NCBI GenBank assembly: GCA_043228905.1
Contig: JBHGNT010000016.1
Span: forward strand, 14,694,001-14,758,000
DNA: 64,000 nucleotides
Origin: Azolla caroliniana
Lineage: Eukaryota > Plantae > Polypodiophyta
Direction of reading: 5' to 3'
Shown here: piece by piece, positions 62,131 to 64,000 of the stretch
Numbering within the stretch: position 1 is the stretch's first letter
Layout: each line of letters opens with the position of its first letter
Translations under genes and position numbers: made by a program
The notes under the pieces: generated by a model
What the model was told of the DNA's origin: nothing
The model's database searches: none
What the model saw: the letters and a program-made list of their open reading frames with translations, nothing else

Positions 62131-62375
62131 TTTTCTTCATTATATTTTTCACATGTAACTACTCGTACATGAGAGCTTGAATGAGGTACATGGTCATCAT
62201 GCATCATATGTGCTGCATGCATGCCAAATGGCAATCATGCATCACATGCATTTCATGCATTGTATGCATGTCTTACACCCTCACATGCATCATATGCATG
62301 GGGGCATCTATATAAGAAGGAAAGGAAGGGAAAGGAAATCAGGTGACATATGGAATTAATAAGGTAATAATAAAA

Positions 62376-62448
62376 GCTTAGTTGTCTCATTGGCAATGTA
62401 TCTTGTCTCTCAACCTTGAGGTGAAAGGTTCAAACCCAGGACTTGTAT
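62376..62448 (+). promoter_or_regulatory. tRNA-like A/B-box module, sense, downstream of the TATA box
   Basis: TGTCTCATTGG...GAGGTGAAAGGTTCAAACCC; GG at 62392, T at 62429 (37 nt). Confidence 0.65.
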
Positions 62449-62993
62449 TCCTACCCGTATTATCTACCTTTAATACTTTCTCGCTTGTGCTAGTCCTTCC
62501 GGTCCAGAACACTGACGGTCCAACTTCATTGTCTTGCATGATTCCTTCCATCCTCCATCACCACTTGCGGATAGAGGCCGGTGCTTGTCTACGCGCGCAC
62601 ATCGCGACGTTTGGCACATGTGTGACGTGCTTCGTGACATCTTTGTGGTGCGGTAAATATTTTCTCTCTCTCCCTCCCTCCTTTTTCCCAGTCAACCCAG
62701 ACAAGTGTCTTCGACAACAAGAATGACCCAATTGTAAACCTAAACGACCGATTCCTTACAAGCACAAGTCACCCAATTTATCCTCCTTGGAAAAGACCCC
62801 GGAGGTTCCGTTCGACCAACCCGCAGGCACGGATTTCCGTGACAACGTGTCTTACCAACCTCTAAAGGTGTTCGGATGTCTTGCTTATGTGCATGTAGCA
62901 AAGAACAAGAGAGAGAAATTGGACCCGAAGTCTCGGCCATGCATATTCCTTGGATACATCGATGATGATTTCGGATATCAAGTGTGGGACTTG

Positions 62994-64000
62994 TGTTGAG
63001 AAGCAAGCTCAACAAAGGTATGTGATGCTTATTGAGAAATAAGTTATAGTAGCTATTAGCTAATTAGCTACTAGTGGACATAAAGGTGAAACAACTATTT
63101 AGCTATGCACAACTATTTAGCTACTAACAACTATTTAGCTACAGACAGCTAATTAGCTGCATATATAAGTCACTTATATACTTAGGTAAAAAGTAAGTGT
63201 AGTAAGTAGAAGAGAGTAGTAGTGAGAGTAGTGTAGAGAGTTGTAAGAATAGAAAGAACAAAAAACAAACGAGAGCAAGTTGAGCTCTGCGTGTAATGAA
63301 GTAGAAGCTTTTGGATTGTGCAAAGGTAAGTCTCCTTCCCCTTCCCTTTTCTGTCTTGAGCACTAAACGATCCAACACATCACGATCCGTTGTGCCCACA
63401 AAAGAGCCATAGCACCTTCGTAACATGGTATCAGAGCTGAGTTGCTCATAAAGAATATTAGAACAATACAGATCTGAGAAAGGTTGTTTCTTTGTTTGCT
63501 GATCTGAATCAGAGAGTTGTTTGTTGAAGTAATTGTAGCAAAAGACCTAATTTGAAAGAGAAAATGGCTACAGAAAATGGAAGCCAAATAGTCACAAAAA
63601 AATAAGATAAAAACAATTTCTCAGCATGGAAATTCAGAATGACAAATTTCCTAATGGGAAAAGGATATTAGGATTACATTGAAGGATACCTAGAAGAGGC
63701 TCCAGAGATCCTTGAAGAAAATGCAACTGCTGCATAGATTATAACATTTAAAGAATGGAATCAAGGGGAAAGAAAGGTATTGCATTGACTCTCACTTAGC
63801 ATCTCAAATTGGATGCTTGGACACATACAAGATGTTATGCTTCCAAAAGAAGCTTGGGACAGTTTAGTAAAACTGTTTGTAGTGAACACAAAAGGCTAGA
63901 AAGCTTTAGTTGAAGACTGAGCTAAATACCTTGGAAAAAGGTAAAATGTCAGTGAATGAGTATGCTCCGAAAATAAAGAGCGTATGTGAATCACTTGTTT
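62994..64000 (+). mobile_element. Ty1/copia D, 5' end (LTR 62994-63425, PBS 63426-63437, decayed gag from 63564)
   Basis: TGTTG...TAACA; TGGTATCAGAGC; DKNNFSAWKFRMTNFLMGKG. Confidence 0.85.

Larger units (their letters stand above)
61865..62844 (+). mobile_element. Solo LTR of the Phygy-like family in the integrase of copia C
   Basis: TGTCGTGAAG...CCGTGACA; perfect TSD ACGT; CATGCA cluster 62195-62300; TATATAA near 62309. Confidence 0.9.
38478..62993 (+). mobile_element. Tnt1/Tork-like Ty1/copia C, split by nested insertions; continues beyond the window
   Basis: LTR 38478-38984; PBS 38988-38999; gag from 39030 (FKLTGSTYPVWK); PR (WVVDFGA); resumes at 61137 (LWHKRLCHMS); IN 61380-61864 and 62845-62993 (KVFGCLAYVH...KLDPKS). 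Confidence 0.8.

Overview
Eukaryotic, repeat-dominated DNA. The mix of Tcn1-like chromoviruses and Phygy/Selgy-like Ty3 elements points to a non-seed land plant such as a fern, lycophyte or moss (inference). Most of the window is deeply nested LTR retrotransposons, largely resolved by hand from LTR termini, primer-binding sites (PBS), polypurine tracts (PPT) and target-site duplications (TSD). These include several Ty1/copia elements, two Tcn1-like chromoviruses, one iMet-primed Ty3, and a Phygy-like Ty3 group with pol-encoding members, tRNA-Trp-primed gag-only non-autonomous members and solo LTRs. The only intact host gene is an intronless GH81 endo-beta-1,3-glucanase (26128-28257, minus). 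Main unusual signals: (1) tRNA-like RNA polymerase III A-box/B-box modules at tRNA spacing inside the LTRs of two unrelated Ty3 lineages; (2) insertion of the Phygy-like family at 4-bp CpG-centred RCGY sites; (3) a truncated LTR U3 fused directly to the GH81 start codon; (4) Tf1-type self-priming and -1 frameshift signals that covary between copies; (5) an RT-less copia whose LTRs look younger than those of its nested passenger. Coordinates were counted manually and may be off by a few bases. Lineage names come from motif recognition, not database searches.
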